Source of the DNA: Fimicolochytrium jonesii
Lineage: Eukaryota
Direction of reading: 5' to 3'
Assembly (NCBI RefSeq): GCF_025526975.1
Contig: NW_026515705.1
Coordinates: 1-64,000 of the forward strand
DNA: 64,000 nt
Part shown: positions 10,683-24,601 of the stretch, in pieces
How the letters are laid out: each line of letters starts with the position of its first letter
Position numbering within the stretch: the first letter of the stretch is position 1
Program-made: the position numbers and the translations under genes
Notes under the pieces: model-generated
What the model saw: only the letters and a program-made list of their open reading frames with translations
What the model was told of the DNA's origin: nothing
Databases searched by the model: none

Positions 10683-13600
10683 TCAACTATCCCCACCAAC
10701 CATCGCGACGCTCGCTGATCGTTCCCTTTCCCTCGGATCGTCCGGGCATGGCGGTGGGGACTCGCGCCCATCACCATCCGCGTCATCATCATGACTCGCC
10801 GATGGGGCGACAATCTCCACTTGACTGGTGATGACGGCCGGCGCGGCGGGTACAGAGTCGTTGTTTTCGTTTGTTGGTTTCGCGGCTTGTGGTGTTGGTG
10901 GGGATGCTGGGGCTGCGGACACCGCCGGTGTTGTGGGTGGGGGTGCGGATGCCCGCTGTGTCTCTCCGACCGATGACGGGCCCGGTGTGGACGATTGGGC
11001 ACGCGTGAGCTCGTTGCCGTGGTTGCCGTTGATCATCGTGGATTGTGACGACGATACGTTGTCCGCCGCCTTCGTAGCAATCTCCTCACCCACAGTCTCA
11101 CCCCCCATATCCCCCGCCCTCCCCTTCTTCGCCGCATGCTCCCCATTCAACCCCACCTCCTCCCCATCCTCACTCCTCGGCCGTTTCTCCACTTTCGTCG
11201 TCGTCCCCAAGGAAAAACTGATCCGCGGTCCCGTCGACGTCTTCGGTCGCACAAGAGGACTCACGGGTTTTACGGGCCCTTCTGGCGGCCGCGTTGGGTT
11301 GGATAATGGCGACTTGTTATCCCTGTTCCGCGCCACGAGGTTGACTAGCGGGTCGTCATCATCGTCATCGTCATCGTCGGGGTAGTCCACAAGCGGGCGG
11401 TTGAGGCGCAGATCCGGGGATGCAGGGACGAATTCGATGGCGCCGCGGTTGAAGGCAGATTTTTTGATGATGGTGGGCGGGGAGGTGTGGCGGATTTTCG
11501 CGGGGGTTTCTGATGAGGGTGTTCCGTTGGCCTTTAGTGATGGGGGTGGAGAGGTGGCTTTGCGTTTGGCTGAGGATGTTGATGCGTCGTCGAGGTCGGA
11601 AGAGAAGTCGAGGTCATCGTCGTCTGAGCCGTTGAAGTATGCGTCTTCGTCTTCGTCAATGCGCGTCCAGCCGTCTCGACGGTGTGTTGTTAAAGGCCTC
11701 GCACTATTCAATGGTAATCACAGCCGTCAGTACAGTACACAGGGACGAGGTGTAAGACTCCCCGCAGAGAAAGGCGAAAGCGATACATACTCTTCGGGCG
11801 TATCTTCCGGTGGCGGCGGCGCAATGTTCTGCTCATACCTCAAAATGAGGGCCTGGCACGTCCTCACATACGTGACGCCTGCCAGCTCATCCCTGAAATT
11901 GGTCACGACATTCGCAACCAGAGGTTTCGGATTCTCCTGTTCCACCACGTAAGCTTACTGTGCCAACTCAGCACATCCGGCGCCGCCAACCAAACCACCC
12001 ACCTTAACCAAATAATCGAAGATCTCCAAACACGCCGAGTTGAGCAGGTTGGACTTGTGCTTAACCTCAATGAACAGGCGCATAATATGCCCCATGACGT
12101 TCTTCTCCAGTAAGATCTTCTTTGTATAGAAGTCGTCCTTCGTCGTCATCGTGAGGCATGTTCTGAACACTCTTAACGCGGCTGTCAAGTGGAACCAGCA
12201 CATCAGAACCTGGGTCAACAATGACTGGAATCCGGGAAGACATTTGACTTACACAACCGCAGGTAGGTGTCCTTCGCATGAAGTAACAGCGCAACCTTGG
12301 GCACGATTTCCGTGCTGACAAGCAGGAATTTGCCTCGCATGTCGTGTTGTTTGATGATAAACAGTAGCATCTCGCAGATGTGATTGCATCGGGATGCGTG
12401 GTCCGGATCCGTGCCCACAAAGCCTGGTACATCTGGAAGCAACAAAGCAATGAAAGTCAGTCTGCGGGTCCTTGAAGATGATTTCTCAGAACAGGGAAGC
12501 ACGGCAACAACGCACCAGCTTTGATTTGCAAAATTGGGCTAATCAGATCGGGCATCCACCGCTCATAAAATACGTCCAAAAACTTGTCCTCCGTTATTGC
12601 ATTCACACCGCTGTGGGACACGATTCCCTGATGCACGACGGAGAGCATATCAGCATCGGGTTGCGTAACGAGCCTGAAAATCAATGCAGGAACGCACCTC
12701 TTGCGTATCCAGCGCCTTCGTATCAAGCAGCGCCCGGACCATCTCCGCATACTGCGCCCTCAGCCCCGTGTTCGTCTCTGACAGGAACAGCGCCACAAGC
12801 CGTTCCGCAAATGGCTTCTGCCCAGGTGTCTTTGCTCGCAATTCCGATTGCTCCCTCACGAGCTGCGTGTCGTGTTCGATGACGTGAGCCGCTATCGCTG
12901 CGGCAGTGGTGCGTACCGACACGTCGTCCCGCGTCAGCATCTCGTCTAATGCGTTGAAGAGGCCGTATTCTACCATGACTTTGAAGAGCTCTTTTGGCTG
13001 GCAATGCCTGCAGTGGGAGAGACATCAGATCCGCGCGTGAAGGAGGCGCAACGATCATTCATTTCCTTACCGTTCGAAAAGGTTTCTATTCATACCCTGC
13101 AACTGTTTCAACACCGAAAATAGTTCGTGCAAAAAGTTGAGAGCGTCCTTCTTCTTTTCCTCCGACACGTCCTTCTCCGACAGCAACGCAAAGAGCGACT
13201 TGAGGAATGTTGCGTCGGTCTTTACGTATTGTAATATCTCCACGTTGTTGAAAAAAATGATGGAAAGCAACGCCGAGAACATCCCGTCGTCCAGGTATCG
13301 TAATAGCGCCGCGTCCTTCAAGTACTGCACGCGGTACGTTTGGATAATCTTTGCTTTGATATCTTCATCCTTTATCGGCACGACCTGAAACCATCCGTAA
13401 GCATCATTGAAGATTATAGAGAGACGTATCCATATGTGACGAACCTCCTTGAACTTGGCATTTTTCTCAAAGTGCTCCCGGTGATTTGCTTTCTGATTGG
13501 GGAGGTCGCCGTCATCTGTTCCAACTTGTCAGCCCATGTGTCCACCACTCCAGATTCTCTAGAAGCGACTCTACTCACACTCCAGCATGCCCAACGTCGT

Positions 13601-14877
13601 TTTGAACACTTCATCGCTGAGGAGGTATTGGTATATGGAGCCTTCATTGACCGTCACTGTAAACAGATGGAAGCCAGTCAGAACTTATCCAGCGGACGAT
13701 CGTCACATAACGGTCAACAACACAATGGAGAACTCACGTATGGCGCGAAGAATGTTGGCTAAAGCATGCAATGTTTCGAAATCGTCAAGATCCTCGGCTT
13801 GCTCGAACACGGGGAACAGTTTTGGGACGAAGTTCTACGAGATCCCAAGCGTCGTTTTAGGGGAGTTCGGACATAGACTGGCCCGCATGTCGATACTTAC
13901 CGTCCTCTCCATCGTCTTCACCAATTCCGCTCTCCCACTATGAAACCGAGCTGCATGACACACGGCGAGTTCCAGCTCCTTCACATTTCCCATGGTCGGG
14001 TCGGGAAGATCCAGATGTGTGAGCTCGGACTCCTCGATCTCAGCTCGCAGTAATTCCGCTGAATTCTCAGGTAACTGATCGATATCTGGAACAGACGTCA
14101 GTCTCCACTATCCCCATGATCCCGATGCATGTTTGTAGGGCAATTTTACCATGCTTATCTGCGGCCAGCCGCTTTCTGATTTGCGTGAGTTCATTCCATG
14201 TGTCATTGCAGCCACCGACGTCCTGGAAGCTCAATGCTAAATCCTCCCCGCTAGGTTCTGTCCAAACAACCAGAGTGTCTACAGAATCGTCAGGTTCAGT
14301 GGATTCGGAAGCCCCGCTTCATGTCAGCGCTCCTCACCTTGTTGGCGAACGTAGTTTACTTCGCTGCGAATGGTGGTGTTCAGTAACACCGATCCTTCCT
14401 TATCGGATCGAACAACAAGACACATGCAGTCCTTTTTCTGTGAAATGAAACTTGTCAGGAACGCTGACATTCGGCCTGATGTTTGGACCGCATGTACGGA
14501 AACGATGTCCTTCCACTGACCTCTACAAATACGCATTCTACATGACCCATACCCTGATCGGACCACTTCCCTTCCGAATCGAGCTCAAAAACCTTCACGA
14601 AGCGCAGAGTAGCTGGTTTATCCCCCTCCTTCCCATTGACTGAGCTCTGAGGAGGGTGCTCCTTGGTGGGTGAGCTATGTCCATCTTTGGGATCTGCAAA
14701 TGGTGGCGGTGTATTCGCCTCCCGTTTCTCCGCCTCTGACTTCGGCTCTTCCGGTTTCGCCTTCTCAGGCTGAATAGCCTCTGGAGATGGAGGGCTCGGC
14801 TGCTGTGGTGGTTGCTCAGGGCCGTATTCCTGTTCTCCTTCCTGCGCGGCGGGATCAGTCGCTTCCGTTCCTGACAT
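10683..14877 (-). CDS. PSY2: Protein phosphatase 4 regulatory subunit 3 (Psy2/SMEK), multi-exon
   Basis: N-terminal EVH1-like VKVFELDSEGKWSDQGMGHV; LALSFQDVGGCNDTW; SMK-1 region KIIQTYRVQYLKD; NLLNSACLEIFDY; DEDEDAYFN; LVDYPDDDD. Confidence 0.92.
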
Positions 14878-15349
14878 CAGAGCCGGCTCCCTTTTTTCCA
14901 CCGCTGAACAGCTTGGTGTCAGCGAGGTCCGTGCTCACTAGTTCGATAAGGGCAATAGTGGGGCACAGAGCCAGAGATCCTTATGCGTCGCGCCTTATTT
15001 GATCACGGTGGGAAAATCCGCTGAGGAATGTCGGAGTAGGACTACAACTACAGATTTCTGCCGGGCCTGTCGAAGATTGCGAGTTTCTTTGGCCTTGGCG
15101 TGAGTTCTAAAGAGCGTTACGGGGGGAGTATTCCAGGTCGTGCAGTGCGTATTGGTTGAGGCGACGAGGAGTAGTAAGGCAGATCAAGTGGGTTCACTGG
15201 TTTGAAATTGAGAGGGTTGGGGGTTGCGTTGGAAACTGAGCTGAGCGGCGTGCGTCACCGACTCACCGCATGCATTCACCATTGCAGTTACCAAGGGTTC
15301 TCGTGTCATTTCCTCATCATCCCCCGGGGCCTCCGAACTCACGGTCGCG

Positions 15350-15402
15350 CAGTCACGTGTATTGTACCTGTTCAGCCAGACTTTATTGAGCCAGTCACGT
15401 GA
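15350..15402. promoter_or_regulatory. Two CAGTCACGTG E-box (Cbf1/USF-type) motifs in the divergent PSY2/SPE3 promoter
   Basis: Identical 10-mers at ~15350-15359 and ~15392-15401, 120-170 bp upstream of the SPE3 ATG. Confidence 0.5.
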
Positions 15403-15411
15403 GCACCTTAA

Positions 15412-17062
<1,651 letters not shown>

Positions 17063-17530
17063 CGGGGGAGTAGGGTGAGAGAGACTTAGACTTGGCTGGG
17101 ATTTTTCGTTTCTTCGTTTTATCATTATCACGCACACATAGAACATTTTCAATAGATTGGCCATCCTCTTCGCCAATGTCCATTTAGGACGTCCCTCCTA
17201 CCGTCCTAACTTTCTTTCCCAAAAATGCGACACAGGGTCTCATGCGATGATTTTGGAGGGGTTTTGCATGGCATATTTGGATGGTCGACTTTGTGTTGCT
17301 TTCCCGAAAAGTTTATGGAAGACCGACACTAGCATCACAGTCCAGTTCTCCGTCATGCATAGGTATGAATAATGATAAGTGAAAACAAAAAATAAAATCA
17401 ACTATATACGTGCGGTAGCTAAAGGTGCGCGCTGCACGACCTTCAGCTGTGAGTCTGACCACCCGGCGCTATGCCTACCACGCTCTACGCCCTAAACCCC
17501 TCAACGATTACACCGCCGTACACCGGCCCC

Positions 17531-19075
17531 CTAAATATCCAACTCCATCGCATCCGGTTCCATCAATTCGTCCCTGCTACTCGAATTCTGCAACTCCCTC
17601 CTGATCTCGGGCGTGATCTGCGGATGCACCTTGTGCCGGACGAGGTCGAGGAGGGCGTCTTTTTGCTCGGGGGTCATGTCTTCTTTATACCTAGTAAGTC
17701 AATGAACGGGGAGTTAATATGGGGGGAAATATGGTGTAGAAGCGGGGTGATGGGTGAGACGCACCGTTGGGAGAAGACGAGGAGGGATTGGTGCCACAGG
17801 ACGGGCATCTCGCGGTGGTCTGTTTTGAAACGGATGAAGTGGAAGACGAGGGCGTCGACGACTTTGAAGGGGAGGGCGTACTTTTTGTCGAGGAGGATGC
17901 GGATGAAGTGGGAGTTCGCGCCTGTATGAAGGAGTGAGTCGGGTATTTCATACGTCTGGGTCCCGTAAAGGAGAAGACTTACCGGAATAATCCATCTCGG
18001 CCAATTTCAACAGCCCAGCGGCCGAATGCAGGACGGGAATACTGACTTTCGTAATCACACTTCCAATAATAGCCGCCTCCCTCAGTGTGCACGTCCCACT
18101 CTCGCACAGGGGGAGCAGCAAGCCCTTGAAGAACGCCGCCGGTTTATACAGCGCCTTCTTCAGCGACATGTACAGATGGTAGTTCAGCTTCTTCGTCTCT
18201 GCGATATCATCCCTCACGCGGTCCAAAAGCACCAGGGCAAAGAAGCGTTGGGCCATCTTCGCCTTCAGGTTGGAGACAAAAATCCGGGTGGCCTGATACG
18301 TCGCTTGTGGGGTCCATTTCTCCGGGTGGGTGAGGTACAGCACGTCCTCCCAGTCGGCGAGCGAGGGAATGATTTTAAATGTTTTGGGCAGTTTGCCCGA
18401 TTTGTACCGGGACAGGAGCAGGCCGACTTTCGTGTACACTTCGATGATCTTTTCGTTCATCGCCGGTGGGACAAGCTCCTGCCGACCGTCGGGACCCGAG
18501 GACATCCCCTCGCCTGCAGCCTCCGCGGCAGCGATTTTGGACATGATGAGGTCGGAGAGGTTCATCTGCTTCTTAGGCTCTTTCGCCATAAACTTCTCAA
18601 TCAGCGCCGCGTCCGCCTCGTCAATCTCAATATCGTCCACAGCATCCACATCATACTCCTCATACTCGTCCCCATCCATAACCGCCTCGTCGTCCTCGTC
18701 GGAGTCCGCACCATACTTCGCCCCCTTCTTAGCCCCCACAGGCCCCGCTAATAACGGCTGCGGCGCCGCAAACGAGTTCTTCGCCATCCGACTCCCCGTC
18801 GTCGCCGTTACCCCGCCGCCCACACGTCCCCGCGCCTCCTGCTCCTCCAATTCGATTTCGTCCTGCTGCTGCCGGACAATGTCGAGGATTTTGCGCGAGG
18901 TCTTGCTGTCCAGGAACTCGGCATTCTTGGCGTCGCCGCCGTCGGAGTCGGACCCGCCTTTGCCTCTCCGTCGCCGTTTGGCGCCGGCTGTGACTTCGAG
19001 CGAGGTGTCTTTTGCCATTTGGACGTGCAGGGGGTCGTGCCGCGGGGCGCCGCGGGACCGCTTGTCGGCACCCAT
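17531..19075 (-). CDS. ENP1: Bystin / Enp1 pre-40S ribosome biogenesis factor (3 exons)
   Basis: Motifs [71 protein letters not shown]. Confidence 0.96.
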
Positions 19076-19578
19076 TGTGAGTGTGGGGGTTGAAATAGTT
19101 GTTGCTCGGTTGACACTGAGGGCTTCCCGTCGTCTCTATGAAGTTCTTCCTTGCTCCTCGCTAATGTCACTTATCCTGTTGACGATATTCCCTTTGATGG
19201 AGAGAACTGAGCGAGACCATTCTATGCAAAAGCCTCATCAGCGCCACTTCTTGCGCCACACTGCGTGTTCTCCAGTCTTGACACGCGCATTTCCTCGTTG
19301 ACACTCCGCTCCCTCGGATTTGGCGCCATGGACCGTGCCTTGAAACCTTATATGGTAGTATAAGGCATCCGAAACAAGCAGTCAATCATTCATAAAGCGG
19401 TCATAAGCGGCCATCGCCGTCACACGTACATGAAGGAGGAAAGAACTTCATTGCTCAGTCAACATTGCCCTAAGCACTACATATATATAAAAAGAGTCTT
19501 TGCCTTTCGTCTCCCACTCCATTGCAGTCTTACACAATCCATACTTTACATTTCACTTCACCGAACCCATATCAAAAA

Positions 19579-20594
19579 ATGATCATCCCCTCCACAACCC
19601 TCCTGGTACTTCTGATCTCCGCCGTCGCACCTGCCATTGCCGTTCCAACCGGCGAAACCAGCCTGTCGACGGGCCAGCAACCAACTCCCAAAGCTTCTCT
19701 CTTCGTGCGCCAACACGGTGGTCACGGTGGTGATGACACCCCGGGAGTCCCAGACGACAAGGGAAACCACCCCGTAGGCACAGACGACAAGGGAACCCAC
19801 CCTGCAGGCACTGACGACAGACGGGGAGGGCTCCTCTCCGACGACGACGATGGCGTCCGCGTCAATGCAACCCTGAACGCCGCTGTCACCCTCACACCAA
19901 ACCGGAAAGAGGATGTGACGTACCCCGACGGCTTTGAGATCGACGTTAGCTCGTCGGTCGCTAATGCTGTGGTGAGTGATATCTGGTTCACAGTCCCCCC
20001 GTCAGTTGTGTGGGTTGCTCACACGGATATCCAACTTTTGCTGTAGACCGTCACCTCCGGCCCTCCATCGATAACAGTCCTCCCAGCCGGGTTCAAACAA
20101 CTCTCGAAAAACTCCTGGAAAGTCGTCTATCGCACCGCGTTGGCGGCCACTACAAATAGCAGTACCAAGATCGAGTTCCCCGTCACCGCCGCCGCTGTCA
20201 GTGCTGCTGGTGGCGTGCGCGCATCGGATGCGAGACTGGCTTTTCTTCAGGTACTGCCATCGTTTTGCATCATGCAGTCAGTAACTATGAGCGCTTTTTT
20301 ATTGATCATCCTCTTGATTGCGTGGCATTTTAGAACGGCGCATGGACGGTAGATGAAGCAAATACCCGGTTCGACGATTCCGAGAGCAAGACACAGTACA
20401 CTGGTCCAAGCGCAAGTGCCAGCGGGGAATGGATCGTGCTCGTGAAGACGGCGTCGGGAACCGCTCCGTCGTCGTCCAACCCGGCTGTCGCGATCGGGTC
20501 TCCGAATCAGATATCTGCTGCGGTGGCTGCGTCGCCGCATCTGTTGGGGTTGGCCTCCTTGGGCGGTCTTTCGGTGGCTTGGGTTTTGGTTTGA
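19579..20594 (+). CDS. Secreted, probably GPI-anchored protein with His/Asp-rich DDKG-x-HP repeats (3 exons)
   Basis: Signal peptide MIIPSTTLLVLLISAVAPAIA; TATA-like element at ~19481-19493; phase-consistent introns; hydrophobic C-terminus LLGLASLGGLSVAWVLV. Confidence 0.75.
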
Positions 20595-20938
20595 TGGATG
20601 AGGACTTTTGAAGGGACGCATCTGCGCTTGTACTGTACATAGTGTGTATATAGTAACGAACCTTGATGTCACTATCATGACCTGTAGCATTAAAAGGGAT
20701 CCATCCGAACTGTACATGTACATCTGCTTTGATGAGGCTTGCAATGTTTGACGGGGGGAAGGATGCGCTGTCGAACAGGCGTCAGCGGTCGGCCAACGTC
20801 GCGTGTTCTCCAGTCGTGACAACGTGCGCGTTTTCATGATCGAGGCTCAACTCAACTTTCAGCGGCCCTGGCCCACCATCCCCATTCCCCAACCCCACCC
20901 CGATTTCACCACAATCCCTAAACCACCCACGGATAACC

Positions 20939-21990
20939 ATGAGCGGAACACCCATCTACGGCCTCGACCGTGAGCTCGGTAACTACCCTCCATCTCATCC
21001 CGTCCCCATCTGTCATCACAGGCTAACTCCTCTCGTCAGCCGCAAAGGCAGCAGCGAAACACGACCCCGTGCGCGAACAGGAAGCGCGCGAGTGGATCGA
21101 GTCGTTTGTGGGGGAAGCGTTCCCGAGCGAGGGGTTCCAGGAAAGCTTGAAGGATGGGGTCATTCTTTGCAAGTAGGTGGATTGAGAGGGTGATAGTTGG
21201 CATGTCGAGCGAGGGAAGGGAGGGGGAGTCTTGGGTGATACGTGCTTGAGCGACGGCGGAGATTTGTTGGTTGGGAGTAGCAACGGAGAGCAAAGGGGAG
21301 GAGAGGATGGGACACGGGCAACCCGCACTCGACCTGTTTCCGAGGGATGCGAGCAGACTAGACTTGGAAGTCATCATTACACACTTCCCTCTCTCGCGAG
21401 GATGTACCTGCTTACAAAGCCCACCCCAATGCAGGTTGATCAACGCGCTGACACCCGACACACCCGTGAAATTCAACACCTCCAAAATGCCGTTCAAGCA
21501 AATGGTACAGACATTGCTCTCACGCCAAACCCCATCCACCACTCTCTAACTCCACCTCTCCCCCCAGGAAAACATCAACACCTTCCTCCAATCTCTCACC
21601 ACCACGTTCTCCGTTCCCCCGCACGACCAATTCCAAACCATCGACCTCTACGAAAACAAAAACCCCACCCAAGTCGTCGACACCATTTTCGCCCTCTCGC
21701 GCCACGCGGGGCAGAAGGGCTTGATCCCGCCGGAGAAGGTACTGGGACCGCGGCTGGCGGAAAAGCGGACTGTGGACTTTTCGGATGAGATTTTGAACCA
21801 GGGGAAGACGGTTATTGGGTTGCAGATGGGATATGCTGGTATGTCTCAGCGTTGGGGTTTTGTTTCGAATGGGTTGGGTATATGAGCTAAAGAATTGAAT
21901 TGCGTATGTTTAGGAGGTGCGAATGCGAGCGGAGTGTCGTATGGCGCGAGGAGGGAGATTGGAGGGGCGGATCTGGGACGGCAGGGGTGA
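20939..21990 (+). CDS. SCP1: Calponin/transgelin-family actin-binding protein (CH domain plus calponin repeat), 5 exons
   Basis: Motifs YGLDREL, EAREWIE, LKDGVILCKLIN, PFKQMENINTFL, FQTIDLYE, IGLQMGYAGGANASGVSYGARREI. Confidence 0.93.
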
Positions 21991-22751
21991 GGCAGGGGCA
22001 AGAGTTGTTTTCCTAGAGACCGCCGGCCGGGATTTGAGGTTTGAGATATATGGATATAGAAGATGCATTTTGCAGCCTCATTCAATTTTAAAGCGCTCCT
22101 CTGTGAGGAAGCGATTTGCTATGGGGGAAAGTGAGATTTGGAACAAAAACACCCATTCACGTTGGCGGGCGAGAGAGATTTAGGCGGACACTGTCAGTTG
22201 GAGTCTTAGGTAAGCGAATGAGTTGCATGGGATAAGCGGCTCTCAATCCATCGGGCGAAGACGGACGAGCCATTGACTCACCCCCGCCTGCCTGTGCGAG
22301 AACCGCCCAGTGGAAGATATCCCATCGTCAAAGCAACGAGACCGAAGGCGACGTTTGCTCCCAGCCAGGCTCACAATAACCCTATACCAGGTACGTACTC
22401 ACTCTCATATACGCACACACCACACACCGGGACACAACAGCAGCTTCAGCAGCAGTAGTAGTCAGCGGTAAAGAGGAGGTAGCCTCCTACTGTTGTGCGA
22501 GAAGAGAGTCTCGATTGCGAGACAACAGCCGAGGACCGCCGAATTTGGAGGCCGCCAGGGCTTGATTGTGCGCGTGAGAATTGCCAACAGCTTTTCAGAA
22601 CGGGAATCCGTTGAGAGACCGTACAGCAAGTCTATACCTTCGTCGACGCTCAGATACTGCTGCTGGACTCGCCTTCATCACTGCCTGGGATTACTGGACC
22701 TCATCCTCATCTCTCCCTCTCTTCCAACAGCGGGAAATCTTTTTCACAAGA

Positions 22752-24042
22752 ATGTTCTCCAGGGTCGCATACTCTGCGGCCTCCCGCACGGCCTTCCGGG
22801 CACCCCGGTCGTTCGCAAACGTCCGCACCGCCACCACACAGGCCTCCGCCGGCCCCGCCGCATCCCCGTTCGCTGATCGCAAGGCCGCCCTCGTCTGGCT
22901 GGCCAAGGCGGCCACCGCGTCCGCTGTCGTCGGTTATGGGCTGTCTAACTACGTCCTCACCGACGAGAGGATCGCACCCGTCGCTAACGCTATTGCTGAG
23001 TCGGCTGCTACCTTGAAGAGGAAGGCGAAGGAGATGGGCTTGGAGATTGAATTGCCGTTCACCACTGCTCATGCTTTCTCGACTGCTGATCACGGTTTGC
23101 ATGCGCCTCACTACCCTTGGGAACACCACAAGTTCTACAAGACTTATGACCACGCTGCGTACGTATTCTTATTGCGGGGGGGAAAATCATGGTAGGGGCA
23201 CGAGTCGTCTGACTTTCATGTTGGAATTCTAGCATTCGTCGTGGATTCCAAGTGTACAAGGAGGTCTGCTCTGCTTGCCACTCCATGCAGTACATCCACT
23301 ACCGTAACCTCGTCGGTGTCTCCCACACTGAAGAGGAGGCCAAGGCCCTCGCCGCAGAGTACGAGTACGACGATGGACCAGATGATTCTGGAAACATGTT
23401 CAAGCGTCCCGGAAAGGTATGCCAAAAATTCCTCAAACTATCTAAACAAAGCCGGTGAAAACTAAAGTCTCCCTCATCAGCTTACGGACGCCATGCCCAA
23501 CCCCTACCCCAACGAACAAGCCGCCCGCGCCGCCAACGGAGGCGCCTACCCCCCCGACCTGTCCTGCATTGCCCGCGCCCGCCACGGCGAAGAAGACTAC
23601 CTCTTCGCCCTCCTCCTCGGGTACTGCGACCCCCCGGCGGGCATCACCGTCCGCGAAGGTCTCCACTACAACCCCTACTTCCCCGGCGGCGCGATCGCGA
23701 TGGCGCGCGCCCTCTACGATGAAGTAGTCGAGTACGAGGACGGCTCCCCGAACAACGCCGCTCAGCTCGCTAAAGATGTCTCGACTTTCTTGTCGTGGGC
23801 CTCCTACCCTGAACACGATGATAGGAAGAAGATGGGGCTGAAGGCGATCTCGCTCTCGGTTTTGATGTTGGGGCTGACGGTGTGGTGGAAGAGGTTCAAG
23901 TGGAGTTACATTAAGACCAGGAAGGTGGTTTACCGACCAGGAAAGGTATGTTACACTCACGTCTCGTTCTTTCATCTTTCATCTTTTGTTATCACAACAC
24001 TCAACATCGTCTCTTCTTCTTTATTAGTTCGAGGACGTCTAA
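22752..24042 (+). CDS. CYT1: Cytochrome c1, mitochondrial (4 exons)
   Basis: Mitochondrial presequence; [17 protein letters not shown] (CxxCH); [37 protein letters not shown]-terminal TM helix. Confidence 0.97.
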
Positions 24043-24601
24043 ACAACCCCGCCTTGTCAAGAAAACAAAAATTCCCTCTTCCTCCCTCATCATATCACAG
24101 ACAGACTGGCGGAATCTCAGATCTACCTCTCATGTCCGTTTCACCCCCACCCCCATTGTTATGAATCGAATCAAAATTATACACGAACACACATTCTACC
24201 TTGTGAAAGGGTATTGTATCGTCATCTCGGTTTCGCGAAACTCTCCATGAGACCTCGCTCAGACCGAGATGGAACCGAACGGGTTTGAGATGCAAAATAA
24301 AATGGAACATCCAACATCAGAAAAAAAAAGGGGGGGAAGGGTCCAGTTTTTCGGAATAAGCTGAAAATGCGATTTGATCTACCATATATATAAACCCACC
24401 TCCCGCCCGCCAGAGGCTGTTTGGGTATATTCTGGCACGTTACAACCACTCATAACCGACGGGTTATTTATCTCCAGTACGCCCGCTTGGACCAACGCGA
24501 GAGGGTAATCTCCAGTCCATTTGCACCTGTTTTTTCACCCACTCCTCCTGGGTTTGCTAGGGCAACACGGAGATTCACCCAGCCAGGGGATCCGCTACCA
24601 G

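Noticed and set aside
18026..19301. Long + strand ORFs (241 and 323 aa)
   Set aside because: Antisense shadows of bystin caused by GC-rich codon bias. The same applies to most other overlapping ORFs in the track.
19319..19326. E2F-like TTTGGCGC upstream of bystin
   Set aside because: A single 8-mer is expected by chance in 64 kb, and there is no supporting evidence.
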